DNA of 64,000 nt from Lama glama (taxonomy: Eukaryota), in contig CM052816.1 of the NCBI GenBank assembly GCA_028534125.1, forward strand, positions 2,792,001-2,856,000, read 5' to 3'. The position numbers and the translations under genes were made by a program. The notes beneath the pieces were generated by a model that had not been told where the DNA came from, did not search any database, and was given only the letters and a program-made list of their open reading frames with translations. This document shows, piece by piece, positions 25,650-38,470 of the stretch; positions within the stretch are counted from its first letter, which is position 1; every line of letters starts with the position of its first letter.

Positions 25650-26140
25650 AAAAAAATTAATAAAATGCTTTGCCTTCCCAGTCATACCCACCACAGATAA
25701 ATCACTAATAATCAGGTGTATGTCCTCTGGTCCTTCCCTATGTACTATATATATTCACAAATCTATATGCCTATGTATATATATTTGTAACTTATTGGAA
25801 AAATATCATTTTATACAATTATACATAGTATTTGGACTTTTTTTTGCTTGTAAATATATAGTGAATCCCTTTTCTTATTAATGATTACATAGTATTCCAC
25901 CATGCATATATTGCATAATTTATATCCCAATTTTCAGGATGGACATTTAAGCTATTTTCATTTTTCATCATCAAATAATTCTGTACTGATCATCCTTTTA
26001 CATATAGATTATCGATATCTGAAAACTCCTGTGAGTATTTCTGTAGGATAAATTCCAAGAAGTAGAATGGTTAGGGAAAATGACATTAAAAAAATTGGTA
26101 GATATTGCCTCATGCTCCTAAAAAAAGATTACACCAATTC
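25650..26140 (-). mobile_element. Old L1 (L1ME-like) fragment
   Basis: 'catagtattcca...gatggacatttaag...tttctgtaggataaattccaagaagtagaat...gatattgcc'. Confidence 0.7.
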
Positions 26141-26994
26141 TATCATTGAATTGGTAGCCCACTGAATCTGGCCAACAATGTGTTGGACAGTGATCTTTTT
26201 AGACAAAAATATGTGCTGAGATCCTAGTATGTAGTCAGTAAAAAAGATACTGGACATATTTATAGGGGTCCCTTTTAACAAGCTTAAATCTAGTGGGGGA
26301 GAGAAAACAGACCCCAAAGGACCAACAGTCCATAAATGCTGAGCATAAGAAACCGGATCAGGCACCTGCTGAAGCCGCTACAAGGAAGCAGCTATGCTAA
26401 GGGAACATTCAGAGAAGTGATGGGTGTCAGCGTAGGGACAGGGAAGCCTTTCTGAAAAGAAGCAATGCCATTCATTACAAGTGGCAGCAGGGGAAACTGA
26501 GATCAGGTTGATGGCAGCGCCGGGAGCAGAAGAGGGAGCTTTACGGGCTAGTGAGATCACAGGGTTGGAGCCGCTGAGCTAATCACATTAGGGTCAGAGT
26601 CTCTTCTTCAGGCCAAGATTTTACACAACTGTTTGCCTTGGGTCATTTCCTGCAGACTGTCTTAGCAACAAGGGACAGGTCTGAATGGCCAGTCTGAAAA
26701 AGTGAGACTAGACTCCGTATTTGAGTCCCTAACCTATAAGCCACCAACATAGCTCAGCCATTTAATTCCCTTAAGAAAAAAAAAATCAATTAACCCAAAG
26801 GATATATTCAAATCCCTAAAAACTCAGGCTTCTTAGGCTCCTCTTGAATACCTTGACTTTCAGCTTTCACTAGAATCTTAAAGCAAATAGACTAACAGGG
26901 TTATCATTAGTCCCTCTGTAAGCCTGGATTTCCACGGAAAAGACCAGAACCAACTCGAAGCTGAGGAATCAGGATACAAATGCACAAAACAAAC

Positions 26995-27111
26995 GTTCTC
27001 AGTTCCCTTTCCAAAGTCCCAGACATCTCTGATCACGACACTCTTTTCTGTCTGGCCTAGAAACAGCCTCAGAATCCTTCTCAGCACAGATTTCCAAGAA
27101 ACTATGATCAA
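26995..27111 (+). repeat. 117-bp dispersed direct repeat, copy 2 (putative donor)
   Basis: 115/117 identity to 24116-24232. Confidence 0.97.
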
Positions 27112-27155
27112 CCAAATGAAACTGGCACTGACATCAAAATGCATTTGTCATCCCT

Positions 27156-27294
27156 TTTTTTTAACATTTTTTATTGAGTTACAGTCAGTTTACAATGTTG
27201 TGTCAAATTCCAGTGTAGAGCACAATTTATCAGTTATACATGAACATATACATATTCATTGTCACATTCTCTTTCGCTGTGAGCCACCACAAGA
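27156..27294 (-). mobile_element. 5'-truncated camelid-type L1 3'-UTR insertion with 11-bp TSD
   Basis: Poly-T, then 'aacattttttattgagttacagtcagtttacaatgttgtgtcaaattccagtgtagagcac'. TSD TTGTCATCCCT at 27145-27155 and 27295-27305. Confidence 0.92.
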
Positions 27295-27589
27295 TTGTCA
27301 TCCCTGACTTGTAACAACAGATTAGTCATTTCCTCATCAGGCATTCCCACCCACCTATTCTTTCACCAACCATCAGCCTTTCTCAGAAGAAGCCGTAGGC
27401 ACTGGGACCTGGCACAGACCTGAATGGCCCACACTGGGGAGTGGGGGAAAGCGAATCCACCCGCCATCCATCCTTACCCCTCAGAGCAGCCACTCCTCCG
27501 AGCCCCCACATTCTCATAAAAGGATCTGACATGAAGACATTAGCTCTTTGTCTGTCCACCCGCAACCCCTCCACCTAGAAATAGTTACC

Positions 27590-28560
27590 TCCTTCATTAT
27601 TTCAGCAAGTATTTACCGAGTGCCCACTACGGGCCAGGTCATGTTGTGCGGACTCAGGACACAGCACCGAAGAACAGACAAAGCCTCTGCCCTTGTGGAG
27701 CTGACTTCAAGGGGAAAGGCCAGACGAGTAACAAGGTAAACAAGAAAGTGCAGAGCAGGCTAACTGCTAGATGCTAAGATGACCCCAAACGCAGGAAAGG
27801 GGAATACACAGTACTGGCAGGTGGACAGACATTTTAAAAAGGGAAAACTCTACTTGGGAAATGACATGTGAGTAAAGACCCAAAAGAGCTAAAGATGCAG
27901 GTCATGAGGAAGATCCTTCCACAGAGAGGCCCTGGGGGCAGCAGGTCAGGAACCAGGAGGAGGCTGATCTAAGTGGACCATTGATGGGGAGGTGGGAGGG
28001 GAGGTCAGAGAATGAAAGAAGAGGGTAGATATGGAGGTAGGGTGGGGGTTACAGATCATAAAGGGGTTGGTTCATGGGGGTCAAAAGAAAGATCACTCAC
28101 ATGGTCTCTGCCTTCATCAAGGCTCTGGAAGACAAATAGTAAGTACATTATTACAAGTAATTTATTCTCAGTGTAACACATGCGGCACATTTATAAAGGG
28201 GGCGTGGGTGGTACAAGGTGCCAGGGCAGGATAAGAGGACAACTCGCAGGCAGCTGGTGATCCAGGAAGGCTTCCTGGAAGATAGATCATCTAAGCTGAG
28301 CCCTGCAGGATAAGAGGAGTTTGCCCGGCAAAGAAGGGGAGAAGAAAGTAGCAAGCAGAGAGGACAATGTGAGTCTGAGGAGGCTGGAAGGGCTGACAGA
28401 AGAGCTGTGCCCTCGTAGTGCAGACAGCAAGGGGCAGAGGGGTGAGATATCAGCCTGGAAAAGCGAGAGGAACCACAACCCCAGGGCCTTGAAGGGCTTA
28501 TGAAGGGTCTTCTATATCATCCTAAGAAGAGGAAGCTTTTGAAAGGTTTTAAGTGTAAAC
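27590..28560 (-). mobile_element. L2 fragments
   Basis: 'attcagcaagtatttaccgagtgcccactac...acagacaaagcctctgcccttgtggagctgactt' and 'aggaaggcttcctggaaga...taagctgagccctg.aggataag'. Confidence 0.75.
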
Positions 28561-30204
28561 GTCATCTGTCTTGTCTTTTTTTTTTTTTTTTGGTAAAAGA
28601 TTACCATGTCATCATTCATGCTAAACTCTTAGATGCTTGCAATGACATAATAAAGTTAAAAAAAATTTTTTTTAAGTGTGCCCTGCTTCTTTCCTTATTA
28701 GCCATCTTGAACGCCCAGCTTTCATTTCTGAACTCCCTTCCTGGTCAGCGGAGCTGCTGCTCCTGGACTCATCCTCGCAAAACAAAGCCTTGCCCACTCT
28801 TTGCCTTTCCTGGGATAGGAAGTCCCAGAGAGCAAGGCATGACACGTATGTATGAGAACACTTCTCAGAGAGAGAGGAAAAGAAAAATCGGGTTTCCTCT
28901 GTTTGCTTCAGGCTTTTTCCACCCAGAAACCCAGCAGATCAAAACCATTTCAAACTGGGATGAAACCATATGGTTTCCAGAACCACACATTGTTTTACAA
29001 GTTTCAGTAGCTGACACTGCCTTTCTCGGTGGAAATGAACCAGACTTTTCCCATTGGCTATTTGGGGTCTCTACATGGAGGCTAATTAATTCACTTGTTA
29101 CCTGTGTAGACAATATGTGAAGTGTCACAGGTGATCTGGAACATACATAACATCAAAGACGACCTTCCTTCCTTCTGCCTGAAATCATCTTGAGTCTTGT
29201 TTGTCTCAAGAAGCAGCGTTTATGAATCTCCAGGCAGCAGGAATTTGTTGCTGTTTTGCTGTGTTCTTTGTATTCTCAAGTTCTTGGTATAATTCTGTGT
29301 TCTAAATTAGACCTCAAAAATATTTCTGATTAAAAATTTATACAGCTCTTGACAGCCTCTTTCTAGAACATAACCCCTAACTAATTCAAGCTCACTTACC
29401 CTGCAGTTTTCTATTTATAATATTTGACAATTTCTGTGTATTTGTACTATAAATTATTAAATGACATCAAGGTTTTTATTTTGATGAGAGAATTTTTGAT
29501 GAATTTGACAGTGTAATTACTTCAGATCCTGCTCTGGATTGCTGGGAAAATAGTTAATTTTATTTACCTCGATGAATAATTAAAGCACACAAGTGGTGGG
29601 CCCTCTTGCTGTGCCTTCTAGCTTCTTCTGTTTGCTTCTCGCTAATTAAAATAGTGATGCTTATACGTGCAGTGGCTTAAAAGAAATAAATTACCAATTG
29701 GAGAGGGAAGGAGGGAGGGAGGGAGAGGAGAAAGGGAAGAAGGAGGGACATGATGAAAACTTGGCTGTATTTTATTTCAAGTTTTTATGGCAAGGGCAAG
29801 GAGAGGGAAAAGCAATCACCTTGTTTATTTAGTGAACTACCCTCCCAATTCTAGGAACTTCTTATCTACAAGCCTCCTCAACTGAAACAGCAGCGGTGAC
29901 AATGGCAACAGAGGCTAGGAAAAAACGCAACTTCATAAAGCCCAGAAGACAACTGAGTATCATAGGTGCTATCACACTGGGTTCGTGAATGACATGTTTA
30001 CATGACTTCCATTGGGTAAAACCCGTATAAGGTAGGCACAACATCACCCTTACTATTCCTACTTGAGGACGAGAAAGTTGAGGTTCAGGTTGATGAACAG
30101 CCTACCCCCACATCACTCAAAAGTATGAGGTCTCAGATTTCCTGACTCTTAATCCACTGGGATTAAGGAAGCAAGGAATAATTTTTTTTCCTTGCCATCT
30201 CATC

Positions 30205-30560
30205 TTAAAAATAAGAAAAGAGACCCAGAATAGAGTCGTTTATTTGCTAAGCCCCACGTCACCAAACCAAGACTTAATTACAGTTTGGGTTCTCCCAGAA
30301 ATGGAATCTCAAACCAGTCCACAGGAACCGCCTGATCAGCATTAGTTGGGTGATCTGCTCGCTAGACCCCTGCCATCCCCTAAAGGAAGGTCACCTTGCA
30401 GTAACTGATCCGATTTCTGGCCTTGCTCCTGCTCCCTTCTGCTTTTAAAAGTCTTTCATTTTGCACAGCTCCTCGGAGCTCCCTTCTGTCTGCTAGAGAA
30501 TTGTTAAATAAAGCCAGTAAGATCTTTAAATTTTACTCAGTTGAATTTTGTTTTGTAGCA
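30205..30560 (+). mobile_element. ERV1-class solo LTR
   Basis: 'ttgctaagccccacgtcaccaaacc', TATA-like 'ttttaaaa' at about 30443, AATAAA at 30507-30512 and terminal ...GCA at 30560. This is typical U3-R-U5 layout. Subfamily not assigned. Confidence 0.7.
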
Positions 30561-30639
30561 TAATAAACATGTTATTAGGCATTCAGTACATCTTACCCAG
30601 AGAATGTCTGTATGTATATATACAAATTTTGAACACTAA

Positions 30640-30800
30640 AACACCTGAGACATGAGTGGAAATAGCCCTGAACTGTGGATCAGTACAAATCACCACTCTA
30701 TTATAGACCTCAGTTTCCTCACTCAGAAATGGAGGCGATATCTCTTAAAATTAAAGAACATTTAATGAGATAGTGCAGAGGAAGAACCCAGTTAAGTCCT
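30640..30800 (+). mobile_element. MIR
   Basis: 'cctcagtttcctcactcagaaatggagg...tttaatgagatagtgca'. Confidence 0.6.
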
Positions 30801-32859
30801 AGCTACCGTTGTTCAATGGCATACAGAGTTAAATATAGTCCTGTGGGCACCAACCACTTCTTGGCCATCTTTGTGTCCCCTACCTCTAACACAGCGCAGG
30901 TTTTTCAATAAGCGAGTTGGATGGATGACTGAGTGGCTTTGGCTCCTCCTTGGCCAGATTGAAAGCTCCTAATTACATCATAAGGTCCTGGAGGGCAGGA
31001 CATTACCTCGTTCCCCTCCCCGCCAAGTGTATTGCTTGAACACAGATGATGCTAAAAAAAAATGCCTGCCCAGCTTTCCTGGAATAGAATATTCAGTACC
31101 ATCCACCCAGAACAGAGAAGGGTTTGGCAGCAGCTTTTCCCAGGAGTGTTGCCTGAGGCAGGGGCTGTAAAAATCCTGGAAGTGTCGGAGGCCACCTTGG
31201 TAAAGAACAGGGCATTGTCTGGGACCAGAACCCTAGTGAGCGAGGTCTTTTCCAATCAAAGGCCCAGTCACTAGCCTGTGTTCCACAAGCCCCTAGGGCT
31301 CAGCAGTCATTGTGTGGCAGGGCCACTGGGGGCGGGGACGCCCATCTCCCAGACTGTATCGATTAGCTGCTCCATCTGCCACTCGGAAAGCAGGCAGCGT
31401 GGGCCCTCATTGGATGCAAATGTCACCCATGGTAACAGATCTTCACAGCTGGTGTCTGACCACAGGACCCTCGGGGAGGGAATAATCAGATCCTGAAAAG
31501 CAGTCAGGCCACTAAATGCAAAATGAAAAATAAATAAATGTCTATTTTAATCTCCTCCCTCCCTTCTCAACCCAGAGCACCAGACGTTATTCCCAAACTG
31601 CACGGTCACAGCGGGGGACTGGTGGCCCCCAAGGCAGGTTGCTGGAGGGTCCTAAGAACAGTCTATGGGAACTGTAACTCCAAGACCTCCCCTGGCTGGT
31701 TCCGGAATACAGAGAAAATGCTCTGAAACCTCAGAAAGCACATGACACGTTACTTGGCACAGGAGGAATATGAGCTGCTATTTTATTTATATCACAATAA
31801 GCAACTGAGACTTGATAACATAGAGTTTTCACTGATTAACAGTTCTTTTCCTCTTTTGACAAATGCACTTGGCCATTATTACTTAATTAATCTGTTACCT
31901 CAAAAGCTAAAGACCCAGTTCTTGTCATACCCACCAGATAAGTTTGCAGTCGGTGCACTGTGTAGCCAAAGACTTTAAAGATTTATTTTAAAAAGAAAAA
32001 GTGCACTTCTAAGAACAGGAGGAGGCTGATCCAATGGAGGAAAAGCAGTGGGTTTTGTCTCCCCTTTTTCTTACACCTTCGCTTAGAGGTGGTATCTTGA
32101 CTGATTGACGGCTCTTGTCCCTGGAGTGCTTAGTCATGTCTGGCCCCTTTGCGCATGTCCTTACCCATGGTGTCCACAGAAAAACCCATGGGGGGCCTAG
32201 ACCACAGAGTTAATTATAATACAATGAGCACTGGGTCGTGTCTGGTTAAGTCCTTTCTGCGACCACGCAGTCATGGTGGTCGGGTTCTAACAGGTTTCTT
32301 GCTGGTGCTCATTTAGAAGAAGTGAAGTCCCTTTATGCTGGAGGCGGGCACAGTGCCATCTTCCAGACCGTCCTCCCTTTCCTCCACCTATCGCAAGGTG
32401 CCCCACTTATCTAACAACCAATCCATAACTATAGCAAATGCTTCTGTATCGATGAGCATTGCCCCTGGATGAAAAACTGCAGAGGTATGAGAGTGTAGGG
32501 TCTGTTCTGGCCAAGGTGAGATATTTGGTACAGAGGGAGCTCACAGTGCACAGTTGGAGAGGAATGATGTTCAGTCATACATTGAGGACAGATTACAAAA
32601 GGTCTAGCCAAGGAGTAGGAACTGGTTCTTCAGGCATTAGAGGCAAAGAAGGACTTTAAAAAGCAGGTGAGTGACAAATCAGGTCTGTCTTTTAGGAAGC
32701 TACTGTGGCAGCAAACTGGCAGTTGTTCACATCCCTCACTGTAAACCCAGTTACGTTCTCTCAACCTTGGTTCTTCAAGTTCAAGTGGAATAACTTTGGA
32801 GTGACAGAGGTGGGTTGGGGAAACAGCGGTCTCAATTACCACTCACAGTTCTAAAAATG

Positions 32860-33530
32860 TATGCCAACTTTCTAAAGCAGTTTGGCAATGTGCCTTAAGT
32901 GCCTTAAAATATCCATGCCCCTTTGCCCTGGAAATTCCACTTCTAGGAATCTATCCTGAGGAAATCATGAAAAATGTGCACAAATATTTACCTACAAGAA
33001 AGCTCATTTTTAGCACTGTTTGTAGGAGTGAAAAGTTGAAAACCCTAAATGTTCACTAATAATTCACTGGTTAAGTAAATGAAGGTACAATGACTTAATA
33101 TGCAGCCATTAAAACCACACTATTGACATGTGGAAAAACAGGTTACAAAAGGGTGCATATAGTGTAATACTTTTTTAAAGTACCTGCACACACACACATA
33201 CACACACACACACACACCACACAGACACCTGTGCACACATACTTATCTTTTTAGGTTATATATACCCTTCTGTCCCAGGAAATTCTTTCTGGGAACTTAT
33301 TCTAAGAAATTAATGGGGGCAGTAATAGCAATATACGTAAAAGTGTGCATACACATAAACCTACACATACGCACACAAGAAGTATGGGTATACACCAAGG
33401 TGTTAACGGTGCGCACTATGGGTGAAGGGGTTATGCGAGATTATTTTATTTTCTTCTTTCAGCTTTTCCAAATTTTCAGATCTTTCTAACAGGAGAATTT
33501 GTTGTATTTAAAATGATAATTTTTCACATT
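32860..33530 (+). mobile_element. Old L1 (L1ME-like) 3' region with embedded (CA)n
   Basis: 'gcagtttggcaat...aattccacttctaggaatctatcctgaggaaat...ccctaaatgttca...tatgcagccattaaaa'. Confidence 0.75.
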
Positions 33531-35009
33531 AAAGAATAATATTAAAGAAAGCTCATCCCCAATAACTGTGCCGATGTAATTTTGTAGAATTTCTGATCAC
33601 ACTGCGATTTTTGAATCATTAGAGGGAGACAGGTTAAGTCGTACGCTGAAAACTGTTGCTGTTACTCCTTAGATTTCAGTGTAACTTAAATTTGGTGTTT
33701 ACTGAATTTGGGACATGCTGAGTTGCCGGTATCTATTCAGCTACATCCTAAGCGATGTGGGGTGACAAGAAAACTTAATCTATGTAATTCCTTTCCTCAA
33801 ATTACTCAGAGTCAGTCCAGGATAAATGATGTACGTTAAAGAGACATTAGGACTAATTCTAGGCCACACGGGACAAAGTGCTAAATCATACGGGGGAGAC
33901 GTCGAGTTGCACAGAGGCCCAGAGAAGAAGATAATTATTATTGGAGGGGTCAGGAAAACCTTCATGCACAAAAAGATGGGATGGCAAAAAAGAGAAGGGC
34001 AGTGACATCACAGGCGTAAAGGCAGGAATGAGAGGGTGAGCCCCAGAGACAGTGAGAGACCGGCGTGGCTTAAGCATGAGTTCTTAGGGATGGATGAAGA
34101 TAGTGAGAAAAATCTGAGACGCCTGAGAGCTGGCGTCAGAATTGTGGACAATAATCCTTGTGTAACAAAGCTTTCGGTCTAAATATAACAGAGAGAGGAG
34201 TGATTTTAAAATATCAAATGTAAACAAGGTGTTGATAACACAAGCATTAACCATCTACAAGCCACCAAACAGAAGCAAGTAATACAAGGAGGAATACAAC
34301 CCCAAAATCCCAGTCTGAAAATATGTTTTTAGAAAAGGTGGTCCTCTCAGCAGGAGGTGGGCTCCACGAATCCCACGGAAGTGGCAGGAGAGGAATGGGC
34401 TGAAGGAAAGGGAAGCTCATGCTGACAAACGATGAGCGAGAAATTTGGATGAAACCCTAAGTAGAGAGATTTGTTTCGGTCCCCAACGTGGAGAGTCTGT
34501 GATGAGTGGAATTCATTATCTTAAACTTCTGGCTATGATGTGTAATTGTTAACCTCTGCTGCTTTGGCTCAGGGCTCCTTTCAGTAAAATATATTGTTTG
34601 CCATCAAAGCTGATGTGGATTAGGAGCTGAGTGTACGCCCTCCCTTTTAGGTTATATTAATACACCAAAATCGATAACATGCCATAGCTTTCAGAAGTAG
34701 TCATAAAATTCCCTAAAATATTCCCAGAATATGTCTATAAATTATTTGTTCAATGTACTTATGTTAAAAAGGTTGTCAGTTACAATGCTCTGGAAGACTC
34801 TAAAATTACAAGCCATCCTATTTGTATTTGATAAAGCCCTTGCTGTTTGGGGTCAGAGAGGGTTATGCTGTGGGGGGAAAAATCATTATTTTCCCTAATA
34901 AATAAATTACTTGCCTATATTTCATGTATCACTCAGGCTAGCCAGTATTGAAGGTTTAAATAATAAATAACAAATAGCTCCATTCATTTATTAATAATGA
35001 TGCACCATT

Positions 35010-35032
35010 TGTGTGTGTGTGTGTGTGTGTGT
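35010..35032. repeat. (TG)n microsatellite
   Basis: Visible directly. Confidence 0.95.
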
Positions 35033-38000
35033 TTGAGTATATGAGTTTTCTTTTAGACTTCTGAGTTGACAGATTGAACAGTAGTCATCTGAAAAGACAA
35101 AAAAAATCATGTCTCTGGGATCATTAATATTTTTCCAGGTTAAGAAAATCATCTAGTACTGACAGATCTTTTCTCCTGGCCAGTGCCCGATACGGAAGAC
35201 TGCCCTGGGATAAAGTTCTTGAAAGGCACAGAAGCACCGAATGCCTTTACCCTGAGATTCACTAAAGGGTCCCCCCACCCAACTTACTATTAACTCTTGG
35301 CCATGAAGCACCAAGACGGACGGAGTTCTAAGGGGAAAACAGAGGGCAAAGAAGACAATGAGACTCACTCCAAAAGTCTCTCCTTTTATTTAGTAGAAGG
35401 AGAAGGGAGGTTAGTCATGTCTGCTTCGGGCAGTTTACATCATCATTAGTCCCAGTTAATTAACTGACCCCACAGATGTAAGTATCAATCTCTGCCACAT
35501 TGTCACAAAGCCACCGTCACTGTTACCTACAGTGCCTCTCCTTCCATTTGAAGCAGACAGGGACAAGTCAACCCAGGATGCCCACTCCCACAAAAAGTCA
35601 GCTAAGAAATATATATTACACAACATTCCACCCGCCAGGGAATACGTGGGCCAAGGAAACAGCTGGAATTTGCAATGAGTTTGCTGGCTCTAGGCCAGAG
35701 CAAAAGCCATCCACCTTGCAGGGAATCCCCAAAACACAAGGATCCCCTCTGTTTGTCCTTCCCTTCTCCACAAACCTAGGGCAAGCACAGGGCTTGGCAG
35801 GAGCTCCGGGGACACAAGCACGTACATTTAAAAGGATGTAAGTCTCAGAACTACTCTTTCATCATAAATTGCATACTTTTTTCCTACATTACTTAGTTCT
35901 AGGGCAAAAGATCTTTCACCTCTGAAAATACATGTGAAAAATCTGGCCTGCACCAGTGACCTAGCTAATTGGGCCCGAGAATGTTGGGTGCAAGAGCCAA
36001 GTCCTGCCTTCTATTCGGGGTCTGTTGCTGATTCCTTTTGCCCCAATTCTCATTCTTTGGTCTCTTCTTTATGTAATGCTCACCACCAAACAGCAACACA
36101 GAGCAGGGCACAGCAGGTGATGGCGCCATCATCCTTGTTTAAAGAACAGGGTCAGCTCCTTGCTGTGAACAGATTTTCCTCTGTCGAAACAGGTTCATGT
36201 TTATCTTTCAAGTTCCAGCAACAAACTCGGGATCGCCAACATGTGCTGCACAGCTGCTGTAGCGCCTGATTTATGAACAAATCTGCATATAATTGTGTTG
36301 GTTCTTTTTTTTCCCCTGGTCATTTTTTTTCTTTAAATAAAATGGCTTAGTCCAGGCTGCATAAAGCCCCAATTCTAAAGCCATATAATTTTATGGACAA
36401 GGAGTGGGGGTAGGAGTAGGGGTGAGCTCTTTTGTATGGCACCTGAACTCATTAAAATCCTAAATTCCATAATTTTACACTACCATGTGCCACAACAGAA
36501 CAGCCTAATTGCTTACCGTCTTTATGGGAACCGCAAATGGAGCAGGAAAACCAGAGAACAGGTGGGAAGGCCACACCGGGGTTTGGGTCCAAACCTCGTC
36601 AAGACGTGGTGACCAGACTAGAACTGGATGATTTTGTATTGTAGAGACTTTACTCTCTACTAAGGCCTGAACGTTGCCGAGAGTCAGTGGTGGTGCCAGG
36701 TAAGTGTTCAAATGAAGATTCCCCAAATTGGACGTCTCCGTCTGGTGACCACACAAAAGACTTTTTTTTAGGATGGGGCACTAAGGGATGAGGTAAGAAT
36801 CAATGGCTAGCAATCTTATCTCTACGTACATATTAACAGATGCCTGGACACAGATAAAGGCTGGATCTTATTAGTTACAAAAAAAAAAAAGTGATTTAGA
36901 CATTAAGACACCAAGCTTACTCCCTGGCCCCTCATGACAGTATTGATGATCTGGGAGTCATAGATATGAAAACTCTTTAGCACCTCTTCTATAAACAATG
37001 TTTAAAAACTGATTAACAAGAATGACTGACTGAATGATTTTTCAGCATTTTGGTTGATTACTTTGTTTTCCTCACAAAGGAAAGTAGCCTTTTTGAAGAC
37101 GGTATTATACTTTGGTGACTGTAGGAAGGGGCCCGGAAATGTGCAATCAGGAAAAAGTATTCAGCATATTTTTTTCCTTACCTGCCAACTGACAGCAAAG
37201 ACTTAGGTCAACCAAGCCTCAACTGATGGACCCCATTCTCAAGACTAGACAACCAATCTGCTCATTTCCTTCACTTAAAACGAAGGAAACATTCAATCTA
37301 TTTCCAAAACTAACACTCCATTGAAGCCTCAAGAAGCCTCGCCCCTGAAAATTAAGGCTTCCAGAATTAGGCCATCAGCCTAGATAATCATGAGATATGA
37401 GAAGACCAAGTTGATGAGATCCAGAACTCTACTATGTTGAAAGAGGTTGGAAGACATCAAATGATCATAGAAATCAGTAAGTCTGTACAGGTTAGCAATA
37501 GAAGCCAGGGCTGAGAGTTTTCTAGAACCAGGTACAAAGTCTAATATGAAGAAAGCATTCATACTAAATGAAGGGGTGGTTAGATGGATGGATGGAAAGA
37601 CAATGAGTTAAGAAGAGAACAGTTGATGGGATCTGATCTCAAGGAGGCGTGTCCTAGAGGCGAAAGTGGTAAACGTGTAGCCTGGGCTCCGTGATCCCAG
37701 AAGTTGCTGAGGACACTGCTAATGAATGCTGTCCCCTAACTAAGGGACAGAGAAACTTTACCAGAGATCTATTAAGACTAGAGTCAAGGACAAGCTCTCA
37801 TTCCCCAAAGGAACTTACAGAGAGAACTCCCAGGCCTGGCCGAAGCTTTGACCACTCATCAGTATTTCCAACAAGCTCTGCCAACTTCTTTAGAAATGGA
37901 CCAAAAGATCTCCTCCTTTCTGAACCAGAGGGTCAGGGTGTTTCAGCTTATCCCTCTGTGGGGGCCTGAGGTCTCACACCAAGGACGTGGTGTCTTGAAC

Positions 38001-38309
38001 AGGCACTCACTGAGACAAAGTGAGGCCAGATGGATGTCTCATGTGCCAGGTACCATCTACGGGGGTGGGGGGACAGAGGTCTCTACTTAGGTCCAGTAAT
38101 TAGAAAGTGGGTTTGTTACAGCAGAAGGAGTACTGGATGGGGAGTCCTGCTTCTAGCTATGCCAAGTCCAAATTAGGCCCAAAAAATACCAAGTAGGACA
38201 ATTCTTTTTGCCACCTCCCTTTCCCACTTTCTCTTCTCTTAATTACATTCAGAATCTGTGTCCAGGCACCTCTCCTCACTAAACAGTCTAGACATTCCTT
38301 GCTGCTGAC

Positions 38310-38470
38310 CAGTTCACAACTATGTTAAGTACTTAGGCGCATCAAGCATTTTGCACTCATTGCTTCATCCAGTGACAACCTGGTAAGGCGGATAACATAA
38401 TTATTCCCACTTAGCAGATAAAGAAACTGAGGCTCAGCAAAATTATATCATTTGATTAAAGGTAATCTTG
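38310..38470 (-). mobile_element. MIR
   Basis: 'ttattcccacttagcagataaagaaactgaggctcag'. Confidence 0.7.

Noticed and set aside
26995..27294. The 117-bp duplication as an L1 3' transduction from the neighbouring L1 fragment
   Set aside because: The L1 fragment is 139 bp and has no promoter, and the copy at 24116 has no poly-A tail or TSD.
1..27294. All four young L1 fragments on the minus strand, implying a + strand host gene
   Set aside because: Four out of four is not significant, older L1s lie on both strands, and a scaffold gap lies between them.
28500..29120. 206-aa ORF, the longest without N
   Set aside because: It starts in an L2 remnant, runs through a poly-T tract and has no recognisable domain or coding-like composition.
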